Below, piece by piece: positions 52,880 through 64,000 of a DNA stretch of 64,000 nucleotides (position 1 is its first letter; each line of letters opens with the position of its first letter). The translations under genes were made by a program, and so were the position numbers. Where the stretch lies: assembly GCA_030704615.1 (NCBI GenBank), contig CM060733.1, positions 39,246,001 to 39,310,000 on the forward strand, in the 5' to 3' direction. The notes under the pieces are model-generated. The model did no database searches, was not told the DNA's origin, and saw only the letters and a program-made list of their open reading frames with translations. This stretch comes from Takakia lepidozioides (taxonomy: Eukaryota; Plantae; Bryophyta).

Positions 52880-54043
52880 CTAAAAGGTAGGCTCATAACC
52901 ATTGGTTGCAATGGCCAGGATGGCGAAACCAATGGCATGACCCAGAGCTCCCCAAGCAAGCACATCGACGAGGGTGAAACCAGCAGGGTCATTCGTCTTC
53001 AAAAAGCCAACGACCTCCTGTGCCCGGCTATCACCGGCCTCGAAGTGAGTAACGCCATTTTGTACAGGGAGTCCTTGCTTTGCAACCTGCAGTGATCACA
53101 AACAGACGTAGGCAGAATTGAGTTGCACAGTCAAGCCAATTCCAGAGACGTAAAAGTTTTGCTAAACGTTCACGAGGGAATGGAAGCTTCCCAATCGAAG
53201 TATTTTATACTCTGTTACTTGTCCGCTTCAGACCGCTATCGGTTATAGACACCACCAAAGAAAGGTTGCACCAGGAGATAAGATGACGTCCCGTGTAAGA
53301 GAGACGGAAGAATCAGAAGGAAAGGATTGAAATGTAACCGACAGCATGATATTAGTCAAGCCTGCAAAATGAACGACTGCTAGCAAGTCATAATCAGCCG
53401 ACAAATGAGAGTCCAAACAGGACATAGACAAAGCCCCAATGGGCGACTTCACCAATTTTCAAATTAAGGCCCTCGCCTCTACTGCTGGCAAGCCCTCGAA
53501 TCCGGAAACGATAATCTACCTATCTAAAAAATCTTGTTCTTCAGGCCAAGCTTTCGGCTCCATACAATTGAGTACACAGTACTAAGAAAACCAAACAGTT
53601 GATCTTTCGTTTGAAACAGAACCGAATCTCCCCCCATTAAAAGAAACGCCTAGTGAGAACGTAATTTTCACTAACAGACCAATATTCAGGTCCTCTTCCT
53701 CCCAAGATCACCGTCGTAAGATGCAACGAAGAAAAATAAACGGAATGCGATCACTCACATTGTCTCTCTGGAAGGGGAGGAACACAAATCGTCCCAGAAA
53801 CAGAAGAGCTCCGGTGCTCAAGGAGATCACAACCGCTGCATTGCATGTGGTCTTCGCCGAGGACTTGGCGATTCTAGTTTGGCTCGAAAACGACCGGTTG
53901 CTCATTGCCAGGGAATCCACTCGGTTGCCAGATCGCAGGCCGGAGAAGCTGGCCTGGACGGAGGCCACTCTTGCAACCTTCTTGCTTCCGGACAGAGTGG
54001 GAATGCCAGTGGCCACCCAGGAAGATGCAGCACAGGCAGCCAT
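52880..54043 (-). CDS. PSAG: Photosystem I subunit G (PsaG), chloroplast precursor
   Basis: Exons 54043-53759 and 53086-52880. A Ser/Ala/Arg-rich transit peptide precedes [24 protein letters not shown]|[19 protein letters not shown]...[19 protein letters not shown]...NGYEPTF*. Confidence 0.97.
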
Positions 54044-54146
54044 TATTGAAGCAAACCGTATCAAAATCTGCACAAACTGTAGGCGAAGCTTCGGAGACGG
54101 GCGCTGTGTGCAAAGATCTGTGCGAGACCTGCGAGCTAGAGCGAAA

Positions 54147-54149
<3 letters not shown>

Positions 54150-54198
<49 letters not shown>
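54150..54198. repeat. (GA)n microsatellite upstream of the psaG start codon
   Basis: Direct read of an uninterrupted GA run. Confidence 0.95.
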
Positions 54199-54202
<4 letters not shown>

Positions 54203-54286
54203 GGGGCGGAGCAGAGCGATGGCGATGGTGGAGGGGCCGGACCAATGGCAGGCGCTCACAATCGCGCGCGGCCACGGGATTGGCGC

Positions 54287-54363
54287 CTTATCCCCTCCAC
54301 CCAATCGCACGCCGCCACTTTTATTTAATGCCTGATATGGCCCTTTGGGAGGCGGCCACGTCA
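54287..54363 (-). promoter_or_regulatory. Putative light-responsive elements of psaG (I-box GATAAG; G-box-like TGACGTGGC)
   Basis: CTTATC at 54287-54292 and GCCACGTCA at 54355-54363, upstream of a photosynthesis gene. Confidence 0.5.
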
Positions 54364-55086
54364 CCCCAGTGTACTGCATTGTGCTTCTTGTCGGATAATC
54401 CTCCATCCTACGTGGATTATTCTAAAAACTAAAACAATTTAAATTGTTTTTGAAATTAAGAAAGCAAATTAATAAAATTTTCAGGGCCTCTGTCCCCTGT
54501 TTAAGGAAAAAACAAAAAAACAAAAAACAAAAAAAACAAAATGGCCAACGCCTTAGAAAGAAAAAAGAAAAAAAAGAAGAAGCAAATCAGGTGCAACTTC
54601 CTTATAAGGGTTTAAAATTTTTCCCCTGCAATAATTCAAATAAAGCTTTAATGTACTTCCTCCCCTTTCCTCACAAAAAAATGAAAAGAAAAAGCAAATG
54701 AGGTGCTGAGGATGTTGCACCAGCATCTGCTGCAGAGAGTTCTTTCAAAGAAGTCGGTTGTGAAGCTAAAACCATTTGGAGTTTGTGGCTCAGGGCCAGG
54801 TTCTGTAGGGTTTGCAAGTGGAAAATTCAGGGAGACCTCAACACAACACTCAAAGTTCCAAGAACTCAGACAAGTAATTGAAATGGGGATACCCCACGGA
54901 GTACTGGAGTATGACATGTACAAGTTTTTCCCTCGACCATAGGGGGAGTCTTGCTGTGACAGATTGGGCGTCTGTGCTTCAGTTGCCTTGTAAAAGGGCA
55001 TTGTAAAAAGGAAATGCAGTGCGCAGGCACTTTAATGACCCAAAAGGGTCCTTCAAAGCCAGGGAATCTCTTTGTTAATCCAAGTC

Positions 55087-58000
55087 CTAATCATACACAG
55101 AAAAGTTTTGGGACATGGGAGCCAAGCCCCGCACCGATCCCCCTCTTTTCCCCAGCTTTGGGCCCTTGTTACGCCTACCCTTCTGTCGGGAGCTCTCTCT
55201 CTGCAACCTCTTCAAGCTTTGTACCAAAGCAGCGTGGCGCACATTTATGTGCAGCTTGAGTGCACGTTTGGAGTCAAATTGTTGTCGGCAATGTGGGCAC
55301 CTTCCACCATCTTGACTTTTCAATTCTGTTGACAAGCATTAAAAAAAGGTCAGGTCTAGGTAACAACATGTCCTTGATTTGCATGCCTTTCATTTCTCAT
55401 TCATGTGGATAGTGCATCGCTAGCCAATTTGGGACCCATAGTTCTATATGACTCAGATCTACAACGTTGTCAGTGTGTGACCATCAGCAAAAAGATATTG
55501 ATGGCATGATACAGCTGTTGGGGGCAGAGTTGATAGGCTGCATTGGTGCAATGCTCTCAGGAATACACCGCAATAAGTTTCCTACAATAGCACCACTCAC
55601 AGTCACAACTATGTCGTAGCAGTCTTGCACAACCAACAACAATCTAGTTTCGGTGCTGACTGAGAGTTCATTTCAGGGTTGACTGGAACTGCAAATGTAG
55701 CCAACCAGGTCACACATACTAGATACATGTGGCTCTGGGTGAACTGCCAACCTTATGGAAGTACAGATGGGGGAGGATGCACATAGTTCCCATAGTTTAC
55801 TCACCACGTGGTACCCTCTGGTTGACATCATCAACGGGCATTGATGGAAGTGGATTGTAGTTGTAAGGGTCTGATGAGGAAGAAGCCTGTGCTATGGCAC
55901 CTGAGGCAAGGAGCTGTTCATAAGTGATAGCATTCAAGTCCAATGGTATTGAGTTTTGCCGTCGGCTCTCTTTTTCTCTTGCTTCAGCTTCTTCTGCTGC
56001 TGCCCGTGTTTTCTCCTCCTGCAGGCCATTGCCACTCCAATCAGGTCTCCTTATCAGCACTTCAATCATGAAAAACCCTAGGCAGCTTCAGAAAGATGCA
56101 CATTTCAGCCATCAAATAGGTACGTAGGTAGGTAGTAGCAATGTTTCAATAAATGCTTACATCTTAACTCAGCTACTACCAATGGCCCCTTGAAAGCACA
56201 GAGATCTCAGCTAGAGCTTGACACCCTGTGCCCCATCCATTTCTACCAAATAAAGAGCTTTACTACTTCCAAACCATGTTGTGATACAAGATTGCCACAA
56301 AAAGTGAACAGAAAGAAAGGTCTGACCACCTGCAGCCTTAACTTGGCATCCCGCTCCTCACGCTTGGCCTTCTGTAGTGCTTTAATCTTGGCTTGGGCTG
56401 CCTCCTGTGCAGCTGCTGGATTGAAACCCAACCCTGCATGCAAAGCACGTGGGTTTTTCCAGAATAGCTGTGAGTTTAGTGATAATCTGCACTACAGATT
56501 ATCATCCACACTTTGCATCTATGTGTTTAGTAATATCATCTCTGCTTGCAGCGGCAAAAAAGAGAGGCGTAGTCTGCACTCAGTGCGTGGTCTCTTGAAT
56601 GTCAGGAATGTTCCCTTGATGCCATACTGGTGATGGGAAGTGAACCCTTCCTGAGCCAGGAGTGAGCATGTCGCCACCAGAGGATGCAACTCGGCCCAAA
56701 ATTGCCATCACGCTTAAGCACGCTCAAGACAATGCAGTCACTAAGTTCCTAGTGTATTCATGAGGTGGTGATTCAATCATGTGAGCATGCACATCTGCAA
56801 TTTAAGAACTATCACTTTCATCCTCTGTTCACAAGGATGTGACATGTGGCTATGAGTTTCCACTGCTCCATCATATTTAAGTTCAAAAAGGGAGGAGGTA
56901 TAAGACACATATGAAGGGGAAAAGTATTATTGGACTGAAGTATCAACATAATATTGAACAAACAGAGGTCATAATACTCACGCTTGCCAAATATCGAGTA
57001 ACAAATGACTCATTAATGGATTTCCGATGTCAATATCTGGTGAAGTTGAGCATTTGTTACATTTCATTAGAAATCAGCGTGGGCAAGGAAAGGAGGAGGT
57101 ACCTCAAAGACATACCCAAATGGTCTGGCTTGGTAGCTGGCAGGATGGGATCTACAATTCCCTTTGTTGATACTCCTAGTCCTGTATTCTCCTTCTGAAC
57201 AGCAACATGACCAAATTTAAATTGGTGAGAGGCCAAACAACAAATCACACTCTATTCCATGGCCAGGTACCTTGCAATAAAAGTTGCATCACTATGGACC
57301 CACACATTTGACAATAGTTAAATACATACAACATCTGCAAACCAGAACACATTGCATTTTACAATGCTTTCTGGCAATACACATGTTACAGCCTTTAAAC
57401 TACTGATCCCTCCACCCCCACCTTGACTCTTCAGGGTTGGGAACAATCTTTACTTTTATTTGCCATGGCTTTCTCACAGCTGCCCAAGTCACATTTGCAG
57501 ATTGAGGCATTGGGTGACGGAGCAAGACGAGAAGGGGAGACGGACCATGTGAATCAACAAACCTTTAACTGTTTTCTTCAAAGGATGCAAGAGTTTTCTA
57601 CTAAGTAGCCTAGCATACTCTGGGCAACACATTCACCAGAACCTGGAGTCACAAATCCTGTGCCCAATTTCAACAGAGCAGCCGAGGAAAGGGTTAGGGG
57701 AGGGTCAGAAGAGAGTTATAAGAAGAGGAGCAGAGCATGGGGGCTACTATCATCACTGAAGGCTGTCTTTGGTAGTGACAGTTACCTTCGAGAAATAGGG
57801 GGTTTCCCTCCCAGACTCTATCTAGAAAGCCCTTAACAACAGCATTAACATTGTGACACGACTAACCCAGCCACCCCTAGACCAAATCCATACTTCCCGA
57901 ATTCAACCTAAGAAGGGATACTACAGCACATGTGTACCCATTGAGAATTCACAAAACCACTGCCTGAGACATAGCCTTGAGGCCTTGACCCAGAATAAAA

Positions 58001-58826
58001 CCTCGGAGCTGGTTGGGGGTTTTAAACCACATGGTTATTATTCATAGGAAATTGCGCAAACAAAAAGAAGGGGCACCTGAGTGCCAGTTCGATGGGTACG
58101 GCTGTTCTTTGCCTAAACTAAAGTGTCTGCACAGATAAACCGGTAATTAATCAGGATAACGTGGGAATCGATGTCATAAGAAGAACAGTAAGCACATGAC
58201 TCTCAACGTAACACACCACACCGTCACGCTTCTCCAGCACGGCTACAGTGCTGTAGTACTTGGTTCTACCTTGACACAGATTTTACACTGGTGATTGCAA
58301 TTGCACTTGTTGGTCACACCGAAGTGCAAAGGGAGATTGCCATAGACTAGACACGCTTTTAACCTAACTCCAAACCGCTTTTATCCCTACGAGGGATACT
58401 TGAACGTGCTACATAACTTTGAGTGGAACAGGAGAGGGGGCGTACCCAACCCATCGACCTAAGCATCTGGTAGCCAAATCCACTAGCAATGCGCCCCCCA
58501 TGGCTGCTCAAATTCTTTCCAGGCCGCTGCCCGCTACCACCACCCGCTTCACCAGCACCGGAACTCGAAATCTCCTCACCATCCAGATGCAATGAATTGT
58601 GAGCCAATTGTTCTACACTCCGGCTTGCTGTTGCGGGCGATGAGGACGACGGAAGGCAGGAATGATGATTGGTTGAAGGTGGAGATGAATGGTAAGTGGA
58701 GGGAGGGGAAAGAGAAGCTCGATGACGCCTGTAATTCCGTTGCCGTGCTGAAGCCATTGCTGGCTGCATACGCTTCACCTCCCACACCCTTCTTCTTCCC
58801 TCATAACCTCTCTGCCTCCAAAGCAT
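55087..58826 (-). CDS. G-patch domain protein with C-terminal C2H2 zinc finger
   Basis: Exons (start ATG 58826, 58769 or 58757)-58446, 57194-57116, 56433-56330, 56018-55805 and 55325-55087, all in phase. G-patch GFGYQMLRSMGW|KENTGLG...GIVDPI...HLGLGF; zinc finger CPHCRQQFDSKRALKLHINVRH. Confidence 0.85.
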
Positions 58827-60055
58827 AACTGCATCACCATCGCCATCGCTATCATCCTCACCCAAACCCTAAAGCGGATTCTTCAGAGCTCTTTCTGAGA
58901 GCTGCGAGACTCCAACATTTTGCTCTGCACATTTGAAACTCTACCCTACGTCTCGGTCTTCCACACAAAAACTTATTGCAGTGAACTACCCAGGTGACTC
59001 GGGGTTCAAACTCCGCTACGTTGTCAGGCGTGGTTTTGTCTGGGTTCGTGACCGTTGGGTCTGGGGTTCAAAGTCTCCTGTACGCTTCATTGCTAATTTG
59101 AGAGGGTTAGTTTTCCCCCCTCCACTGTTAAAGGGCCTGATTTGTGAGCTGTCGCTCCCAGGTTAACGAAAGGAAAGAAACGGGAGTCAGATCCTCAGAT
59201 CCTTTTTATGTTTTTGGACCGTCCGAAAAGAAATGGACGATTGTGTGTCTTTATTGAGAATTGAACCCAGGACCACCTGGCTACTTACAAGCTGGCTGCC
59301 CGCTGCAGTAGCGGGATCGTCTTAATTAGGGTATCGTGTATCGTCCGGGGACGACGGCGCGTGGGGTGACGCGTGCGTACTGAACGCGGCCGCCGGTGCG
59401 GAGGTAAAAGGGCGCCAATTTGCTCTCCTCGCATGCGGTCCAGGTCTGAAAATTCCGCTTGGAGTTTAACATCTCGATAAGGATCTCAGTTTCTATGGTG
59501 AGTTACCTTCAGGTTACCGTCCGACACGTTTTTCTCTTTTTGGTTTTTTTTTGTTTTGGTTTTTTTATTTTGATACTCTGTCCGACACGTTTTGCTCGTT
59601 GATTATTATTATTTAGTTTAAACTAACAGGCCGGTGGACAATTTAATTATTTATGTAAAACGTAAAACAAATTAAAATGCTGGCAACAATGCATCGAGGT
59701 CCTGAAGAGATCCAAATGAGATCTCGATATTTGGAGACTGGCCCCTGGAAAGCAGATATGAGGCCGCCTCGCTGCTGTCCTTGGAGCTCCAGTTCTTCTG
59801 TGTGACGCGAGAATATCTTTCGACAATTTTCGGTTTCTGCGTTGCATTCTGAGCTGTGCGTGGATCTGAATACGTACTGGAAATCTCGATTTTTTTTCGT
59901 TCATTGTGCGCTTGTCAGCTCGAGCTGTTCAAAAGATCCAGTTTTTTCAGCAATTCACACCATTGTGGGAAGTCTTAAGCATTCATTCCGTGGGATACAG
60001 CGTTTGGAGCTCGCCTGTGGAGGTTTGTAGTGGTGCCGGCAGGAAGGCAGCAGCC

Positions 60056-62592
60056 ATGTCATGGCAGTCGTATGTCGATGACCACTTGCTCTGTGAGCTT
60101 GCAGAGGGCCACAGGCTTTCCGCGGCGGCGATCATAGGGCAGGACGGATGTGTCTGGGCCCAGAGTGCAACCTTCCCCGAGGTATCTGTGTCTTAAACTT
60201 CTTCTCGTACATTTTTCTCAGTCGCAAGGATTGCATCGATCAGTTAGTTAACCAAGACGAGATCTGTAATTAGCGGTACTAAAGTATCGCAGTGGTTACT
60301 GTAATCACCGCACTCCGACATCAGTTGCTGGAGCATGACGAAATTGTGCTCTAATGTTGACGTTTGAAAGCAGGCCTGTCACTGGACGATCCGCAGATGT
60401 GGCTCAGTTGAATCCCGTGCGATAACCGATGTTTCAAATTCCGCTGCCATTGACCAGCAACAAGCGATTATCTTGTGTATACTTTGTTCTTCTCGATATG
60501 TTTCAGAAAGTGGTAATGGATGTATATGCCAGGCTCCCATGCTGTTGCGATCGCTTGTAGTTTTGTAATCGGTGGACGCCCAAGTAGTAGCCTGCCACGC
60601 CACTAACGGATCGAAATGCTTGATCTCACGTGATGCTTGTTGTGTCTGTTGCTGTCACGATAGAATCGGTAGGTCCTGTATTGGGCATGCAAAGGAGCGT
60701 AACCAGTTCACCTTTGTGGCTGATTCGCTAACCTTGTTTACCGCATTAGGAAAGCCTACCAATCACTAACTAGGGTCAATTCAAGCTGCAATTTCACTGT
60801 AAGGAGCGACGTTACCCAACATTGACATATGGGGTATGTAACCATAACTTAGGTGGAATTGAAGTTATCGATGGATGCATCCGATCACTCAATAGTGGTG
60901 GGACCATGCAGTTTTCATTTGGATCCTGTCATAGCCTGGAGAAGTGCTTGCGGCTTGTCTGATAATTGTCTTGTGTATAATAGATCTAACTCTTGCCAAA
61001 CCAGCCCTGACATTCTGGTCTGTTGTTGTGCCAAAATCCTCAGCATCTTTTGGAGTCTATCAAAGATCCCTAAGGAATTAACAATGGTTTTCTAAGGGAT
61101 GCTTCGTGGGATCCATAGCTTCAGACCTTCCAGTCTGGCAATAGCTTATAAGCACTCTTGCTCATATCAAGATATATTCCCATCCAATTGTTCTTCACGT
61201 GAGGGCTTGTACATCATTTTTCAAGATAGGTTTCATTCCCTGGTCAATTGTTGCAGAGGCACTGGCGAGTCCTCAATCAGTCCAAAAACATTTGATTTCA
61301 TTGCTCAAAGAACAGTCATATATTTGCATGAAGTGAAACAATTCTGGTTCCATTCAAGGTATTATGAGACTGAAGTCTGTTGCAGTGTCTGTGTCCAGGA
61401 TGGGAATATCATCAGGTGATAGCATGTTGGTGGGGTATGTCTGAGTTATCCCACAAGGGAGCATATGAACAGGATTAGAGTGTTTTTGTGTGCAGCTGAA
61501 GCTAAATGAGATCAAGAACATTGTGGGAGGCTTTGTCGAAAACAGCCCCCTACCAACAAATGGGTTGTTTTTAGCTGGTGTCAAGTATATGGTGGTTCAG
61601 GGCGAAGAAGGTGCTGTTATCCGAGGAAAGAAGGTAACTCTTCAAATGGTCCTCATCCTTGTTGTTCAGAATGGGGTTTTCAAGTGTAGGTGTAAAGATC
61701 CATGGGACTGCACAGATTATACAACCTTATCTGGAGTGCCAATTTGTGTAGACTCCAGCAGGCCACCATTTGAGTGCTATCAGTCCAACAAAACTTGAGT
61801 GTGTCTGGGCATTACTAGATCTATGCTGGACCTCTTCATTTCTATTTTGCATAGCTTTCTTTTATGCCCATGAACAACGGGAGGAGTTGAATTGATGCTT
61901 AATGCTTCAGATTCTGTAGATGCAGTGAGGTACCACACTGGTCCTGCCTGGAAAGACCGCAAGCAGCCCCCGTTGGGGTGTCTCTATTCTCTTGGAACAT
62001 CCAGTTGAAGCTATGGTTAAAGTGCTTTCTTGGAATCTGCGAAATGTTAAACCAACTTCAGGTAAATCCACTATTGGAGGAGCCTTCCCAGCTGTTAGTG
62101 GTCCCATTTGGTTCTCCTCTCATCCCCTGCCTGGCCGTCCCCACATTGCTGAGCCCAAAGTGGATGCAGGGTCATGGCCATTAGCCCTTGGGAGAAAAAC
62201 ACTGATGAGTAAATGCACTTCTCTCTCTCTCTTCTCTCTCTCTCTTCACAAGGCTACGGCAAACGTCTTATGAGTACAATCTCTTCTTCCCCCTAGCCCT
62301 GGTTACATTTATGCTTGTGACCAGCTAGAGGAAAGCTCAATGTCACAAATGAGCCTTTTGTGTACCGGCAAAGGTTTGCAATCATGACTACATCCTGTGT
62401 GTTCTGTGTACCTCTTTCTGCCTTCCGCGTCCCTCAGCAATGTGCTGTTCTTTGCAGGGGCAAGGTGGTGTGACCATAAAGAAGACCAATATTGCCCTGT
62501 TGTTTGGCATCTATGATGACTCAGTCACCCCAGGCGAGTGCAACGTTGTGGTGGAGAGGCTTGGGGACTATCTAATTGACCAGGGCTTTTAA
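60056..62592 (+). CDS. PRF: Profilin
   Basis: Exons 60056-60181, 61496-61633 and 62458-62592. Motifs [35 protein letters not shown]|[10 protein letters not shown] and [20 protein letters not shown]. Confidence 0.98.
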
Positions 62593-63639
62593 GGAGGCAC
62601 TTGTGGCTTTTGCCTGCCCATTGCTTCCTATCATGGTGTGAGTGTGGATCAGTTTGTACTCAGCTATGGGCCGGTTTTGGGTATCTTACTAAGGTACTCA
62701 GTATATTGCATTAGGTGCAATAGGGTGGGATTTTCCGTTGATTTGAAAATGTCCACAGTAAATCCCTGGGGAAGGGGAGCTGGGTAGCTGTGTTGGGCAT
62801 GCTTTGTAGTAGAGATCAACTCACTTGCTGATTGGCCTGCTTCGTTATGGATGTTCTTGATACCGATAAATGTGAAAGGATATTAGACTTGTTCACTAGC
62901 TCTTCTGGGTTGAGTTGTTTTAAGTGCTACTACGGTTCCAATCGCGGAATAACTAAGTCGGGGTCCTGATTTGTTATGGTCTGAAAGATAGGTTGATGTC
63001 CTGCTATCTTGAAAAGTACATGAGAGGTCCTACCACCCTAGCTACTAAGTTGTGTAATGGCTCTTTGCAATTAGTGGTATATATTCTAGTGTGGACTCAA
63101 GGTCTAGTAGTGTAGAGCAGGAATAGGGGGCCATAGTGTCATGTTCAGCCCCGGCATCATCGTAATTTTTAAAGCTGCCTGGAAAAAATGAATTTTGAAA
63201 ATTGTTATTTTGCACGTCCTCATTCTTAAACTTGATGGAGGAGTACAATCTGATGGTACTTTTTCCGGTGCCGCGGGTTTAGAGCTGACTCCATTAATTC
63301 ATTTTATGGCTATTGCTCCTATCAAGGGTGGGTTCTATGTACGGTTTTTTTTTTTCACAGAACAGGGGACGGTGGCCCTGGAATTTATTAATTGGAAATG
63401 GAAGAACAAGGAGGAAAAAATAACCTCCAGGGGGCCGTGAAGGCGCAAAACGGAAGGGGAACAACCAAGGGCCTAAGAGGTTGGGGGGAAGAGGAGGATC
63501 GATCAGCGAAGGCCAGTCCCGGCCACCAGACAAGGAGATAGATCTTAAATGGAAAACATTGCTATGAAGAGAACCAGAACCATTCTATTCTGCACCATTG
63601 TAACTAAGCCGTGTTTTGATCCGGGGGATCCTCAGCTTG

Positions 63640-64000
63640 CGGTGCCTCCAGTTGACCTTGTGGTTTTCTGTATCAATCGGGGACTTGCCAGCAATGGGGG
63701 AGGGCATAATGCCAGATGACTGACGATTCAGAGGTGCGGGTGCAGAGAACGTTATCCTTGCTCCAGGAGAGATTGAATTCCGAGTAGAGTTGTTGTTGCC
63801 GGCTCTCTCCACATCTGTTGCAAGCAAAGACCCCATGCCTTCTGCCCCTCAGTCATCAGGTCCGAATAAATTCTATGTAGAATGAACCTGTTGCTGGGGC
63901 GCCATCCCTCATACATATGCACACCTGGACTTCCAAAGAGTCCATAAGGTGTGTGCTCTGAGACCACACTGGGCAGCTACTCCACAAATGGGCGGAAGAC
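63640..64000 (-). mobile_element. 3' end of a second decayed L1-type LINE (continues beyond window)
   Basis: LRAHTLWTLWKSRC..YEGWRPSNRFILHRIYSDLM parallels LRGHTLWSIWKCRCSHVFEGLAPCANVVLYRVHSDLM of the LINE at ~11000-11120. Confidence 0.75.

Noticed and set aside
53708-54432. Long overlapping ORFs (232, 204, 175 aa) around psaG
   Set aside because: They are artefacts of the GA microsatellite and antisense reading; the real start is the ATG at 54043.
59255-59285. tRNA B-box-like GGTTCAATTC on the minus strand (a similar one lies at ~24135)
   Set aside because: No cloverleaf can be formed; at most a SINE remnant, too short to call.

Overview
Eukaryotic nuclear DNA from a land plant. The compact genes, GT-AG introns and plant-type proteins suggest a non-seed plant such as a bryophyte, but the lineage cannot be fixed from this window. 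Apparently intact genes: bifunctional RIBA (runs off the left edge), a C-terminal SUN-domain protein, peroxisomal dienoyl-CoA isomerase (DCI1-like, ends SKL), cytosolic prolyl-tRNA synthetase, RPL28, a secreted Gly/Pro/Ser/Tyr-rich repeat protein, PsaG, a G-patch + C2H2 zinc-finger protein and profilin. Between them lie decayed gene pieces (NSE3/MAGE, FRO, ABCC, an unidentified multi-exon gene, a rearranged psaG duplicate) and many transposon remains. These include a near-full-length decayed L1-type LINE, an RTE-like LINE remnant, a Gypsy integrase scrap, TA-targeting and Harbinger-like MITEs, and a dispersed family of TIR-like ends. The most unusual observations are: (i) a head-to-tail pair of piggyBac-type (TTAA, CCC...GGG) non-autonomous elements; (ii) a TIR family whose paired ends bracket a Ulp1-like decayed ORF in one case and the whole profilin gene in another; (iii) a psaG duplicate with an internal inversion; (iv) an 89-bp hairpin array inside a TA-flanked element nested in the LINE; (v) the modular secreted Gly-rich protein. 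All identifications come from reading and recognising motifs by eye; no searches were run.
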